A DNA stretch of 62,743 bases, the filler included, from Hydrolagus affinis (taxonomy: Eukaryota): NCBI GenBank assembly GCA_012026655.1. It is 4 parts of 4 records of this genome, joined end to end, with 100 filler letters (N's around TTAATTAATTAA, not from the genome) between each part and the next. Parts side by side here need not be neighbours in the genome. Positions count along the whole stretch, not along the records: positions 1 to 22,956 come from JAAILG010011442.1; 3 more parts are not named here. One strand, given 5' to 3'. Positions 1 to 11,819 of the stretch are shown one piece after another. How positions within the stretch are numbered: the first letter of the stretch is position 1; each line of letters starts with the position of its first letter. The translations under genes were made by a program, and so were the position numbers. The notes beneath the pieces were generated by a model that made no database searches, was not told where the DNA came from, and worked only from the letters and a program-made list of their open reading frames with translations.

Positions 1-536
1 TGAATTGACCGTATATATGTGGGCGAAACGCGGCAGCCAATTGCGCAAGCAGTGTCCCACGAACAGTCGTGGATTGAAATGACCAATTTTATTATTGTGT
101 ATTTGTTGAGGGATTATTAGTAGGCGTGTGGATTAAGAAAACTTGCCAAAGGGTTCATAACAACACTAAGACTCGTCTCATTGTGTCAAGCACGAAATAG
201 AGATACTAAAATCACTTCATATTGTGTAAAGAGTATTGTAATTTGTAGAAGAAACGGGGAAGCAAGGAGCTCACAGAAGCGTCCCACAAACAGTCACTGA
301 TTGAATGACTAAATTATTTATTTATTTCCAAACGGAGTATTTCCCTTGGTAAACACAATTCGTCAATCGACAAACAATTGGGTTCCACTTGACGTTAGGC
401 ACACAAACGCATGCTTATTGGGTAAATTGCCTGACGATTTGCTCTGTCCTGCCCGGGAATCGAACCCAGGTCTTCTCGCTGGCGAAGCAGGCGCTCTAAC
501 GGTTGATCTACAGGATTGCATGTATGTGTATTTCAG

Positions 537-844
537 ACCTGACCCAAGGAGATTCTGTGACACAGAAGGCGGCTCCAGTGACCGAGAAAGAAGGAGGAAG
601 TGTAACCATGGAATGTCAGTTTGACACATCTCTCATCAAATATTTTTTGCAATGGTATCGAGAAATGCTGGGAAATCAACCGGAGTATACACTCATGAAG
701 CATTCGAGTGGGAATGCATACAGAGCAGATTTTATAGATAAACGATTCCCTATGGAACTCCAGACCTCGACAAAACTCAGCAGTTTAACTATCTCCCAGC
801 TGGAGCTGTCTGACAGCGCTGTGTATTACTGTGCTCTCTGTCCA
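537..844 (+). CDS. TCR alpha/delta-type V exon (leader not found, probably upstream of window)
   Basis: Acceptor tttcag ends 536. Open phase-1 exon DSVTQKAAP..MECQF..QWYRE..DSAVYYCALCP with canonical Cys/Trp/Cys, followed directly by an RSS. Confidence 0.9.
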
Positions 845-883
845 CACAGTGATGCGAACCAGTCTGAGACTCGTACAAAAACA
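845..883 (+). other. 23-RSS of V at 537
   Basis: CACAGTG + 23 bp + ACAAAAACA. Confidence 0.95.
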
Positions 884-1334
884 CTCTACACCACCGAAAA
901 TAAACCTGCGAAGGGAATTAATGGGTTTAATCACAGCACAGATGGCATTGCAGACGGTTGACCTATTTAACGACTCTATGTTTGTTGCTATGACTCTCAG
1001 AGGAAACGCGTAACTACACTTCCAACCACAGGCGAACAAGTCATAGAATATATAGGGAAAGAGTGTTAGAAAGATGAGCAATATTCATCTTTAATATTGG
1101 TTATGGGCGCATTATCAGGTCTCCCTGGCCTTTTTCGTATCTCGCCCCAAGACTCTCCTCTTCGATGGATCTATCGGAACTCCTCCGCCACCACACCCCA
1201 CCTCCCCACATACCCACCATTCCTCAGCTCGGGTCTGAAGCAATAAATATGCAGCGTCTTGGGACGTTCTCCTGACGTGAAAGACGCTATAAAACTTTAA
1301 ATTTGTTTTTGCTGTTGGTTGAACAGCAACGTGT

Positions 1335-1432
1335 TCATTTTACAGTATACTCACTGACACACGTTGCTGTTGGTTGAACAGCAACGTTTTCAACAAACAG
1401 CAACGTGTGTCAGTGAGTATACTGTAAAATGA
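1335..1432. repeat. Perfect 37-bp inverted repeat (hairpin/cruciform-capable)
   Basis: 1335-1371 is the exact reverse complement of 1396-1432. A 24-bp direct repeat also occurs at 1309-1332 and 1364-1387. Confidence 0.9.
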
Positions 1433-1479
1433 GTTAACTGCGAGTTGGCAGACATAACTAATTCTTGCATTTCCTTTAG

Positions 1480-1930
1480 ATTACCCCAGTACTTGCCAGA
1501 CTTCACTGGCTCCCTGTTCCGGAGAGAATCAATTTCAAGATCCTCACTCATGTTTTTAAGTCTCTCCACTCCTCTACACCCTCCTTCTCTCTGACCTCCT
1601 CTCTCCCCAATACAGCACACCTCGCCTTCACTCCTTTGCTACTTCGGTTCTGGTCTCCAACTTGTCCCCCAAATCCTCCGCTACACCATCTGCGGACATG
1701 CCGTCAGCAACTTCGCCCCTAGTCTCGGGACCTCCCTTCCTCACTCCATTCGTCTCGCCCCCTCTCTTGCTAATATCAGGACTCAGCTGAAGATCTTTGT
1801 TTCGACCTCGTCTTCTGTCACCTTTCTCCCCCTGCTGCTGCCTCGGGCCTAGGATCCGTTATTGTGAAGCCCTCTGAGACGCCGTCCTGTGTGGAGGGCG
1901 GTATATAAATCGAAGTTGTTGCTGTTGTGT
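1480..1930 (+). mobile_element. L2-like LINE 3' fragment
   Basis: Pyrimidine-rich body ending in the recurrent agcgc..gacg..gcggtatataaat + (gtt)n tail seen in many copies in the window; boundaries approximate. Confidence 0.55.
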
Positions 1931-2220
1931 TTTTAGTATGACCATCGCACATGCTGCTTTTGATTTTGGGATTAACAGGAGCTGAGTATTAGGATTCCCT
2001 GCCCCCCCAGCCCAACCCGCCCCACCCCCCACCCCCACACCCATACACACACAGACAATGGTTTATTGCGCTGTGTTAAAGCAATCCGTTGCTATAGTGA
2101 AGCAAGTGTGAGATGTCAAGGATGTGACGTGGGACTGTGGGATCTGCCAGTGACGTCTATTGCTGTTGTTTCCCAGCAAACTGATTTCACAGACACAACA
2201 GCGAAGGCTGAGGAGCAGCC

Positions 2221-3010
2221 ATGATGCTGTTTGCTGTCTGTCTAGTGCTGGGAACATTTATGGTAGTTGAGGTCTTGTTGAGCTAATTGCGTGTCGCTGC
2301 TGATTGTCAGCTCCATTTCAACAACAATTGTTGGAGGGAGACCTGTAGATGAGTGGACAGAGCAATCACTCCGCAATTGAGATGATCTGATTGAAACAGT
2401 ATCTAAAAGAAGCAAGAGGGAGGTGATGAGAATTGGTTTCACTCATCGAGTTGTTGTAATCTGGGATGCATTGCTTGAAAAGCTGGTGGAGGCCGATTCG
2501 AAAAGAACTTTCGAAAGAGAAATAGACGTTTATTTGGGCAAGACGGGTTTGCGTGGTTATGGGGAGTGAGAGCTGGGGAGTGGGATTGAGTTGCTCTTTT
2601 CAAAGAGCCCGCACAGACTCGATGGGCCGAATGACCTCCTTTTGTGCCGTAAGATTCTATGATTCTATGAACGTTTAGCTATGCTAGTTTATTGCAGAAC
2701 TCTGTGACGCCGAGTCTGTCATTCAGAAAGCTGCCACGGTGGTAAAGAAAGAAGGAGATACTTTCGATTTGGTATGCACATACTCCACTACTGCAAGCAA
2801 TTACTATCTTTACTGGTACAGACATTATCCAGACAAACACCAAGAGTTTATAGTCGGGAGATATTCTGTGGGTGGCAATCCAGTCAAAGGCAAAGGATTT
2901 GGAAACCGTTTCTCTGCTCAACTATAGACATTTAGGTTTTCCAACAGTTTATCCATCTCTGACCTGCTGGTGTCTGATAGCGCAGTGTATTACTGTGCCT
3001 TTAGTCTCTC
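2221..3010 (+). pseudogene. TRAV/TRDV pseudogene (ELC..CAFSL family)
   Basis: Leader 2221-2266 (MMLFAVCLVLGTFMV) has its donor changed GT>TT relative to the paralog at 27766. V exon 2698-3010 has in-frame TAG at 2925-2927 (CAG in paralog). RSS CACAGTA-23-ACAAAAACT at 3011-3049. Confidence 0.9.
2400..2670 (+). mobile_element. CR1-like LINE 3' end in leader intron
   Basis: CR1-type 3' text (gtggaggccgattc..gggccgaatgacctcct) ending in gattctat repeats. Homologous pieces at ~27960-28210, 30800-31030, 35870-36110 and 59960-60300. Confidence 0.6.
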
Positions 3011-4329
3011 CACAGTAGTTGACTGCACTGCAGGGCTAGTACAAAAACTGCCTTCATTTGATAGAGACGATATGTCTGTTTGAAATGTGTGCGGAATCTT
3101 GAGGTTCTGCGTGGAGCAGATATTTCATCAGCCAGACTCAAGAGGAAACCACAATCCCCTCGCATCAGCTTGTAAGTTAAATTCTCAAAGCATTATATGT
3201 CACAATAAATTCAGGTAGTAATTAGTGAACAAATTAGGCAATACGGGACCAGTTACCATGGTTTGCAATTATAATAAAAACAACTTACGTTTATTTTGTT
3301 TTGTTAAATTACATGGAGAGCGCTGTGACGGTTTCGGAACTGCACTTGCCTCACAAACCGGAGGACCCGGGTCCAATCCCCGGCCATGTGAAACTATAGC
3401 CAATTTTCAATACTACAAACACACACGTATATTTAATTACTTCACTGAATGCAAGTACTCGACTAGAAATCGACTGTTGGATCGATTCTTCCGAGAGTGT
3501 TAATCGCTTCAAAAGATTGCATTTTTGCGTCCATAAATATACAGTCAGTTTTCCAGCTCTCCATCCCCATACCTCGACCCCTTCACTTGCCGTTCCCCCC
3601 CCCTCCTTTGTCCCCTAATCCAACTACCATTTCTTTTTGTGGGGCATTCATCTACACAAATATACTCTCCTTTATCCTGCTCTTGTCCTACTTGACTGTA
3701 CATCTCCTTAGGACGTCCTCTCGACGTCAATGGCGCTAAGTAAATGCAAGTTTTGATTAATTGAAACGATTTACGCACAACATAAATTGGTGTGAATAGG
3801 ATGTCCCGATGCGCTGGAATGTAGACGCTTGATTTTAGTAAGCAAAGAAAGAATGGAAGGGTAGGACGTAGGTGCCTTTGTGAGATCCTGTCAGAGGAAT
3901 CTGTGTGTCCATGTTTTGTGTGGTGGTCACGTGTAGTGTGGCACAGGCAGTACGAGCATTTAAGGCGGACGAGGAGCTATCGCATTTGAAATAAAGGGCA
4001 CTGTCCCTTTGTTTCCTACACTGCCCATCTTAAGATCTTGTTGTTGATTCAACTCTTAATCAATCAAAACTTACATTTATATAGAGCCTTTCACGTCCAG
4101 AGGAAGTCCCAATTCCTTTTCAACTGTGTCTGCGGTGATCGTCAGAACTGGGGTATGTTGGGAGAGATAGGTTTTTCAGGACGAGTTAGAGAATGCGGTG
4201 GGTGGAGGCAGGACAATGAAGACAAACGAGGCAATGAAGACAAAGTGCTAAATGATGGGTTAAAGAGGTGATAGCGCTGTGAAACAAAATGGGTTCGGTA
4301 CAAAAAATATGGGGAGAAGAGTTAATGCT

Positions 4330-5130
4330 GAAGAGCAGACAACACACCAGAGTGAAAATACGTGTTTGAAGTGATTATTTTAATGTTAACAGAAAATAAA
4401 TCTTCTGCAACACAAAGCGAGTGAAGGGTGGAGGGGGAGCTGTTATGGCCTGAAGTGGCTGAAATTGATGTTGAGCCCAGAGGGCTGTAGCGTTCCCAGA
4501 AGAGAGATAATGTACTGTTCTTCAAGCTTTCGCTGTGGTTCACTGGAATAGCGTAGGAGATCATTGATGGAGAGGTTATATTATCAATGTGAGTGTGAGT
4601 TGAAATAGATGGAGAAAGGAATATCAGGGTTGACCTTGCCTGCAGAACGAAGGGTATCGGCAAATCGCTCTTCCAATCTTCGCTTGCTCTCCCCGAATAT
4701 AGAGGAGGCCACATGGTGAGCAGCGGGTACAATAAATTACATTGGTGATAGTACATGTGAACCGCTGTCTCACATGGAAGCTGTGTTGGTCCCTGGAGAG
4801 TGGTTTGGGTGGAGATGAAAGGACAGGGTTTTCATCTCCAGAGCTGGCAAGGGAAGGTGCCAGGTGAAGGAGACCAGCCGGTGGTGCTGACAGCGGAATG
4901 AACCAAAGAAACCCGGAGGGAAACATGCCTTCGGAAAGCGTGCGGAGGGGAGGGAAATAAATGTTTGTTGGATGGGTCACGTTGGAAGTTTCGGAAATGA
5001 GCTGTGGAGATGGGAGCTCGGGAGATTGGAGAAAAACAACAACACAATTAGATTTATAGAGTGGCTTTCAAGACCGGAGGACGTCCCTAGGAGCTGAACT
5101 TTCAGGTCGGGACCCGAGCAAGGGAGAGGA
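4330..5130 (-). mobile_element. Penelope-like element fragment (GIY-YIG region)
   Basis: Minus-strand translation FTCTITNVIYCTRCSPCGLLYI resembles the Penelope GIY-YIG endonuclease motif; degenerate. Confidence 0.6.
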
Positions 5131-6955
5131 GCAGATTAGTGGGGAGTGGCGGGAGAGAGATAGTAGGGTAGGGAGAGAGAGAGGATGGGGAGCGAGAGAG
5201 TGAGGTGGGAAAGGATGTGGAAGGAGAGGGAAGACTTTAGAACAAACTCCTGAAGAGGAACCTTTTGATATGCAGTGCCTTTATCACAGCGGATTATTAA
5301 TGTTGTACTATCTGTCCTACACTCAAAAGTTAACGATAAACCAACTTGCAAGCTTCACAAATCAACTAACGTCAACACAAATATTACACTGCCATTCCAC
5401 TGATTCACCAATGGATGCCGCTGTAAAACAACAAAATAAAAACGACGTTTATATAGATACTATACATAGCATTAGCGCTTAAGTTTTTGAATAACATTAA
5501 ATAGCATAGCTTACTATTTAGAGTGCTTGCCGCACAAGCGAGGGGATCCGGGCTTGATTCCGTGTTGGACCGAAAACTCAAATTTGTTTCCACTAAATTC
5601 CTCTCTTTGAATCCGGTTGTTAGTCATTTTCTAGATCGCTTTCCATGGGGAAATCAATCACTCGGCAATACTTAACCAAAAAATGAATAGACAAATAAGT
5701 AGATACATTACGTAAATGCATCAGTAATTTAACGCCATGCTCTTTGGAAGTGGCTTCGGCTACCTTCACACTCCGACGCCCTCTGGGAGACACATTTTTT
5801 GATTCCAACACCCGTTAGGACAGTCAAACTTGCAGCGCATCGTGTCGTCAACATTTGCTTTAAAATTACCAATGATAATGTCGTCTAACTATCAGTTGGT
5901 TTCTGTCAATTGCGATTATTATAATAATAAATCTTGCATTTTGATACAGCACTTTTCACATAATTTCAATACCTCAATACGCTTCACAGAATATACTGTA
6001 AAGTAAATTGACTGCATATTGTTGGGCGAAACACGGCAGCCAATTACCACAGCCGCATCCCACACAAACAGTCATGCATCGAAATGATCACTTTTGTTTT
6101 TCCTATTAATTATTTGAGGGACGTTTAGCAATTTAAACATGATGAAACATTCGACAGCCATGAGCCAAACAAGCTTACCTACTTGTTGTTTGTTAACCAG
6201 AGACGTGTGTGTATAAATTTTGGTAATTGGTGGAAGGTTGAAAGATACCCTGGAAGGCAGACAGGCAGACAGGCAGACAGGCACAAAGTCTCATGCACAG
6301 AGATGAAATGATACAACGACAGACACACAGATAGGCAATAATCCTTGGTTTTTAAATAGCGCTTTGTAATGCTGTTGAGACGTGTTGAAGCGCTTTGCAT
6401 GATATATCACTAAGAATTCTACACTTACTGCCCCATCCTTACTCCTCTACCGCAAAATTCTCCACCTCCCGCACCCCCGTCCACCCCTTTCATCACCCTT
6501 ATGCTGCTACCTCGACCGTTCCCCACATTTATCTGCTGGCCCCTATAAAATAACTTACTCCATCTGAAAAGTGTGCTAATAGCGTTATCTCTGATTTTCA
6601 TAACTCACAATAGCGCCCTTCTCCACATCACACAGTGTTTATCCCACTCACCATGGCAGGTTCCACGTCCTCTCATTGACTCCTCGTCATTTCTCCACTT
6701 CATCCTATTTGAGTATTCATCAGTCACTACAAACCCTCCTCTTCTGCTCCAGTTAGTCAGACCGTTTAATTGATCCAGGCTAACAAATCAGACCTCCCAC
6801 CCCAAACCTCAGCCAAAGCTGCTAGCGCAAGCCACGGTGTGACACGCTGTCAATACAAATAAACAAAGTCTCCAACGCTCTTACAGAACAGCTTTGATTA
6901 ACTCACAGTTACACTGAAGTGTACAGGACTGACTGTGTCTACCAACGGTGGTAGA

Positions 6956-6998
6956 ATGTCTCTCCTTTGTGTTTCCGTCTCCTTCCTCAGCATAGAAT
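6956..6998 (+). CDS. Leader exon of NAR-TCR V
   Basis: ATG TCT CTC CTT TGT..GAA T|GTAAGT; spliced product MSLLCVSVSFLSIEYVFSG resembles IgNAR-type leaders. Confidence 0.8.
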
Positions 6999-7376
6999 GT
7001 AAGTGTTGTTTTTCTCTTACATAGGAAGCATTTCACGAGTGAATGTCATCGATAGAAACTGCTTTCCAGTAATCAAGTTAAGATTCCTTGCATTTGATAC
7101 GGTTCCACATCTCATCGATAAGGCGGCCGAAAACAGTGAATTACTGTTTGTTTGTGATCGCAACCCGACTGCTCATTTCAATTGTATTCTTAGACTTATA
7201 TTCCATTTTAATTGTTTATATAATTTACACATATGGATTTTCTAATTGTATTGTATATCATGATTTTATTTTAGCAATTGACATCAACGATATTTAAGCC
7301 AAGCCTTGAGATATAATGGTGGTAGTCAACATTTTATACGTACTACTCCTGAAGCATTTTTATGTATAATTTTCAG

Positions 7377-7659
7377 ATGTGTTCAGTGGCTCAGTAAAGC
7401 AGACGCCATACGCAATTAGCAGAGAAGAATGCGATTCTTTGACCATCAATTGTGACTTTGAAGCAGGTTATACTGAAACGTTTATGAGCATGGAGTTTTT
7501 TAGAATGTTTCCTAATGGAGGAGAATGGAAGCAATTACGTCATGGAAGACGGTTTGTTATTAAAACAGACCTGGGATCAAAGTCGTCTAGGCTGGAAATT
7601 AATGATTTGCAAGTTGAAGACAGCGCTTCCTACACATGTAAAGCTCGATATTGGGACAA
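7377..7659 (+). CDS. Rearranging NAR-TCR (VNAR-like) V segment
   Basis: SVKQTP..EECDSLTINC..GRRFVIKTDLGSKSSRLEINDLQVEDSASYTCKAR: IgNAR-like framework with truncated CDR2 region and an extra FR1 Cys (7430-7432). RSS CACAATG-22-ACAAAAATC at 7660-7697. Confidence 0.9.
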
Positions 7660-8024
7660 CACAATGTTGCATCCAGCCTTCCGACAATACAAAAATCCCC
7701 TTTCACCAATTCAAAGAAAAGACGCAGACAATGTGAGCTTGTCAATGAATCCAATGCACGTTTCCCTTTGCTGTGTGATGTGCAATGGTGTTTGATAACA
7801 TTCTCTTCAAGAAACAACCAGTATGGATGATCACGTTGGAAAATTTCGTGAGTCTGAAAGGGCGTTGAATGTTGAGTGCAATTGGCATAAAAAGCAGTTT
7901 AAAGGTATGAAATGGACGGCATGACAAGTCCCACACTGAAAATGTTCAAAATAATTGTCCACCATATATCATTGATTGGTAATTTGTCAATGGCAGAGAA
8001 TATTACATTTGGTTTGCAAGATAA

Positions 8025-8087
8025 TGTATTTGTGTTGACAATAAATACTGTGATGGATCCACATTGCATATCATCAGCACAAATACC
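8025..8087 (+). other. NAR-TCR D segment with 12/12 RSS
   Basis: TGTATTTGT-12-TACTGTG (8025-8052), core ATGGATC (8053-8059), CACATTG-12-ACAAATACC (8060-8087). Confidence 0.85.
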
Positions 8088-8400
8088 CTGCAACTATCTT
8101 TAGCGAAATACATTACAATGAACACTAATTACTGTGTCTTGATTTATTGTGCTAACTTTGTCAAATGTTTGCTTTCAAAACTAGTCAATAAAAGCAGGCA
8201 TTTCTGCAATTATTTACAGAAAGATAGTTTCTTGTCGAGGCACCCGGTCAGTATTCGGTGGAAAAAATATTGAAATTATAACTGTTCCTGACAAAATGAA
8301 TGCACAAGATGATACCGAAGTAGAGATGTAGAAACTAATAATCAACTTGTTGGCATTTAGTTGTACCTTGTGTCAGTATTGAATCATAATCAAATAAAAA

Positions 8401-8495
8401 CGTTTTTGCATCATGTTTTAGGAGAGCTGTGTGACTGTGCCAAGACTTTTATTATACTAACGATGGATCAGGAACCAAAGTCACGGTAACAAAAA
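8401..8495 (+). CDS. NAR-TCR J segment with 23-RSS
   Basis: CGTTTTTGC-23-GACTGTG (8401-8439). Coding QDFYYTNDGSGTKVTVTK, then phase-1 donor A|GTAAGT. Confidence 0.88.
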
Positions 8496-9096
8496 GTAAG
8501 TGTGGATAATTTCTATCGATTTAAAATGAAATCTATTCAGGTGAATTTCTAAAAAGTCATTATTCTAAAAAAATGCTTCCAGTTATTTGTAAATGTGTGA
8601 TTTCAACAATCCACTTAACCGCTTTTGAAAAGTAAAAGATATGCTTCAGATTTTTGAAAAGGCTAGTATCTCTAATAATCTACATGTATTTCAGTATTTC
8701 CTAAAGTCGTTGACTTTTTCTGGAGAGAGTTTCGAAAGGTACATGCCTAGAGGACAAGTTGACTGTAAATTCTGGTAATTACTTAACGCAGGATACGTTA
8801 TTTCAAATTGTGCATTACAAATCCTCTCCGCCTAGATTCTTTCGAGATATCAGATCTTTGTGGAGCCGAACTGGTTCCAATGTGACATGTACCATAAACA
8901 GTTGCATTAGAATCCTTCCTTGTTTGAAGCGAGGTCATTAAATTTAAACGTTCATTCTCTCCGTAAACGTTGAGTGTTTCCACCGAATTCAATATTTGGC
9001 TCTACAGAAACAATTGAGTAAATATTCAAGCACCCGAACACACGGTATTTTGCCAAAATGTAAGAAACGAACGTTGAAGGAAGAATTGAAAGATTT

Positions 9097-9107
9097 AGAG
9101 AGAGAGC

Positions 9108-9151
<44 letters not shown>

Positions 9152-9153
9152 GA
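9097..9153. repeat. (GA)n microsatellite
   Basis: Direct reading; a similar GA/GAAA tract lies at ~13200-13345. Confidence 0.9.
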
Positions 9154-10310
9154 CAAATGAAAGGTGAAAGAAATTAGGAATTTATGACGAATTTGTCTGC
9201 TATTTTTGTATTGCTGATAGTATTAATTCGTATTACGCTCGTCCTTTTTCGACAGAGTGAGCTGTGTTGTTGTGGTATTATGGAGAATATACGGAAAATG
9301 CGTATTTTCTCGGAACTCAATTTTATCCAAATTAACATTATTTAGAATGGCAGTCCAGACAATAAGGGCAGGGGTTCCAATCAATTGGCTTATTTTAGCC
9401 CTGCAAGGTAAAGGGTAGACTAGGATCCGATTTTCCAAGATGGTTAATCTATATTAATAATAATCATTGGATTTTTTTACTTAGTGCTCTTCACGTCTTG
9501 TAGACGTCTCAAAGCGCTTCACATAATACACTATCAAGTCAGTTGACTGTGTACTTATGGGAGGAACGCGGCAGCCAATTGCACAGAGCAGTGTTCCACA
9601 AGCAGTCATGGTTTGAATTGGCCAATTTTATTCTAGTTTTTTTGGGGATGGATTATTATTGGATGTGTGGAATAAAGTAACTCGTCCGAGGTTTCACCCT
9701 GGACTGCCTGAATTCGAAACACCGGACTCACGTTTAAATGGCAAGCGTCCTAACCACTGAGCTATATGACTTCACAACACTGACAGTTTGACAAATATAT
9801 TTTCAATGACTAGCAAAGCGGCGTGCATCCCTTGAGTTTAACATTTTCGGAGTGACATCACTCTGAAGTTTGCTTAGGAAGCTTTGATTCATGGCGATGG
9901 ACTTTGGCATGTTTCAGGTTGAGCCTGATAAAGGATATTCAGACCATTTGAGAGAGCTGCCAATCAGTCCCTTTCCCAAATGCTTTGCTTTTTTGCTTTT
10001 TCCAGAAAAATGAAAAATTATATCCTTTGTTACTCAACACAAACACAATGAAAAGACATAAAGTGGACAGTGACCGAGTGGTGAATTGTCGATTTCAAAT
10101 GTGTATTTTTGCACGCAAATTCTATGCTGAAGTCAACAAATCTCCTTTCCGTTTTCACCGCTAGTTTCATACCTGGAGGGCGTCCCAAAGCACTAATTGT
10201 AACACATACATTGTGATTCAACAGAATAGATTAAGCCCAATCTTGGGATTTATTTGGATTAGGAGTGGATAATATCAACAATATCAACATGTTATTGTAT
10301 GTTTTTTCAG

Positions 10311-10661
10311 AAGCTGTCAGCGTCTCGGTAAAGCAGGCACCAACCTCTCTGACGAGTAAAGAATGCGAGTCGTTGTCCATCAACTGTGTATTTGAAGCAG
10401 GAACGGATGTGATTTTCAAGAGCATGGAATTTGTTAGACATTTTGGTAAAGACACACAGCGGGTGTCCATCCCTGTTGGTGATCGGTTTGTTATCAAATC
10501 AGGAAAAGGATCGACTTCTTTTTCTTTAGAAATCAATAACTTGGAAGTTGAAGACAGCTCTACCTACTACTGCAGAGCTCGATACTATGAATATCCCTGC
10601 TATGTGAGAAGCTCAGAAAAAACTAAAGATGGGCCTGGAACCAGAGTAACTGTAACACAAA
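10311..10661 (+). CDS. Germline-joined VNAR-like VDJ exon 1 (JV1)
   Basis: ttttcag acceptor; 351-bp open exon ..KECESLSINC..DSSTYYCRARYYEYPCYVRSSEKTKDGPGTRVTVTQ; A|GTAAGT donor; no flanking RSS. Confidence 0.92.
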
Positions 10662-10939
10662 GTAAGTAAGAATAATTTCAAAAGAGCTTTGAAATTTGGT
10701 GGCTGAACTAGACTGGTGTGCAATAATCCAGGGCCCTGATAGTGACAATTTAGCAACGTGATAAACAAACAAACAAAACTTAGAACTGTTGATCTGTTGC
10801 TTGTTCAAAAGTGCATTGGAGCATTGTGACAGGTGCCTCGGAGATAACAGCTACAACTTCAATACACATATATCCTTTTATATTTGGAGGCGCTTCAATG
10901 CGCAAACTGTCATGATTGAAATATCGGATATTAAACCCA

Positions 10940-11365
10940 GATTGTCGAATTCAGAATCCTCGTCCTCACTTTGAAGAACTTCCGCGGCATTGCCCTCCGC
11001 CTATCTCTCCGACCTGCTTTCTCCCTGTCAGCCTGCCCGTCCCCTCTGCTCAGCGGGCACTGGTCTGCTCCATGTCCGCCTCCCGTACCGCCATACCATC
11101 GGTAGCCGGGCTTTCAGCCACTCTAACCCCACACTCTGGAACTCTATCCCGCAATCCCTTCATCTCGCTTCCTCCCTTTCCTCCATTAAGGTCAGTATCA
11201 AGAATTTCTTCTTCGATGGTGCCTTCTGCTCCCCTCCTAACTCTCCCCTCCATTGTAGTCTCCTGCCCCCTACCCAGTCCCTCCCTGCCGTGTCACGATC
11301 TAACTCTTCAGCGCTTGGAACGTCCTCCTGACGCGAAAGTCGCTATATAAATGTAATTTTATTTC
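10940..11365 (+). mobile_element. L2-like LINE 3' fragment in JV1-JV2 intron
   Basis: YLSDLLSPCQPARPLCSAGTGLLHV..RAFSHSNPTLWNSIP is typical of the L2 ORF2 C-terminus, followed by the conserved tail. Similar copies at ~14270-14680, 18930-19300 (-), 34680-35175 and 42370-42780. Confidence 0.7.
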
Positions 11366-11468
11366 TGTTATTGTTAATCAAAATCAACCCTAGCCCTGTG
11401 ATCTATTTGCAAGAGGAGCCGGCAGTTTTCATGTAGCTAAACTGATTTGTGTTTTGCATAATTTTCAG

Positions 11469-11819
11469 ATGTTCTGAGTGCCTCGGTAACGCAGACGCCA
11501 ACCTCTCTTTCGAAAAAGGAATGTGAGTCTTTGACGATCAACTGCGACTTTGAAGGAGGTACTTGTGAGACCTTCAAGCAAATCGAATTTTTTAGACAGG
11601 TTGGAAAAGGGAAACAGTGGCAGTCAGTTACTGATGAAGACAGGTTTGTTATAAAAACAGAGAACGGATCGACTTCGATTTCACTCGAAGTCAGTGACTT
11701 GGAAGTTGAAGACAGTGCTACCTATTACTGTGGAGCTAAGTATGAACAATATCGTCACACAGTGCGAAGTACAGTAAAAAACACGTATGGAACTGGATCC
11801 ATCGTATCTGTAACACAAA
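11469..11819 (+). CDS. Germline-joined VNAR-like VDJ exon 2 (JV2)
   Basis: ttttcag acceptor; 351-bp open exon DVLSASVTQTP..KECESLTINCDFEGGTCETF..DSATYYCGAKYEQYRHTVRSTVKNTYGTGSIVSVTQ; A|GTAAGT donor. Confidence 0.92.

Noticed and set aside
845-961. ORF-track extensions past YYC in V genes (e.g. HSDANQ.., TVLQVN..)
   Set aside because: Read-through into RSS and flank, removed by V(D)J recombination.
8130-8136. Second TACTGTG between D and J as a possible extra D
   Set aside because: No nonamer at 12 or 23 bp spacing and no partner heptamer.
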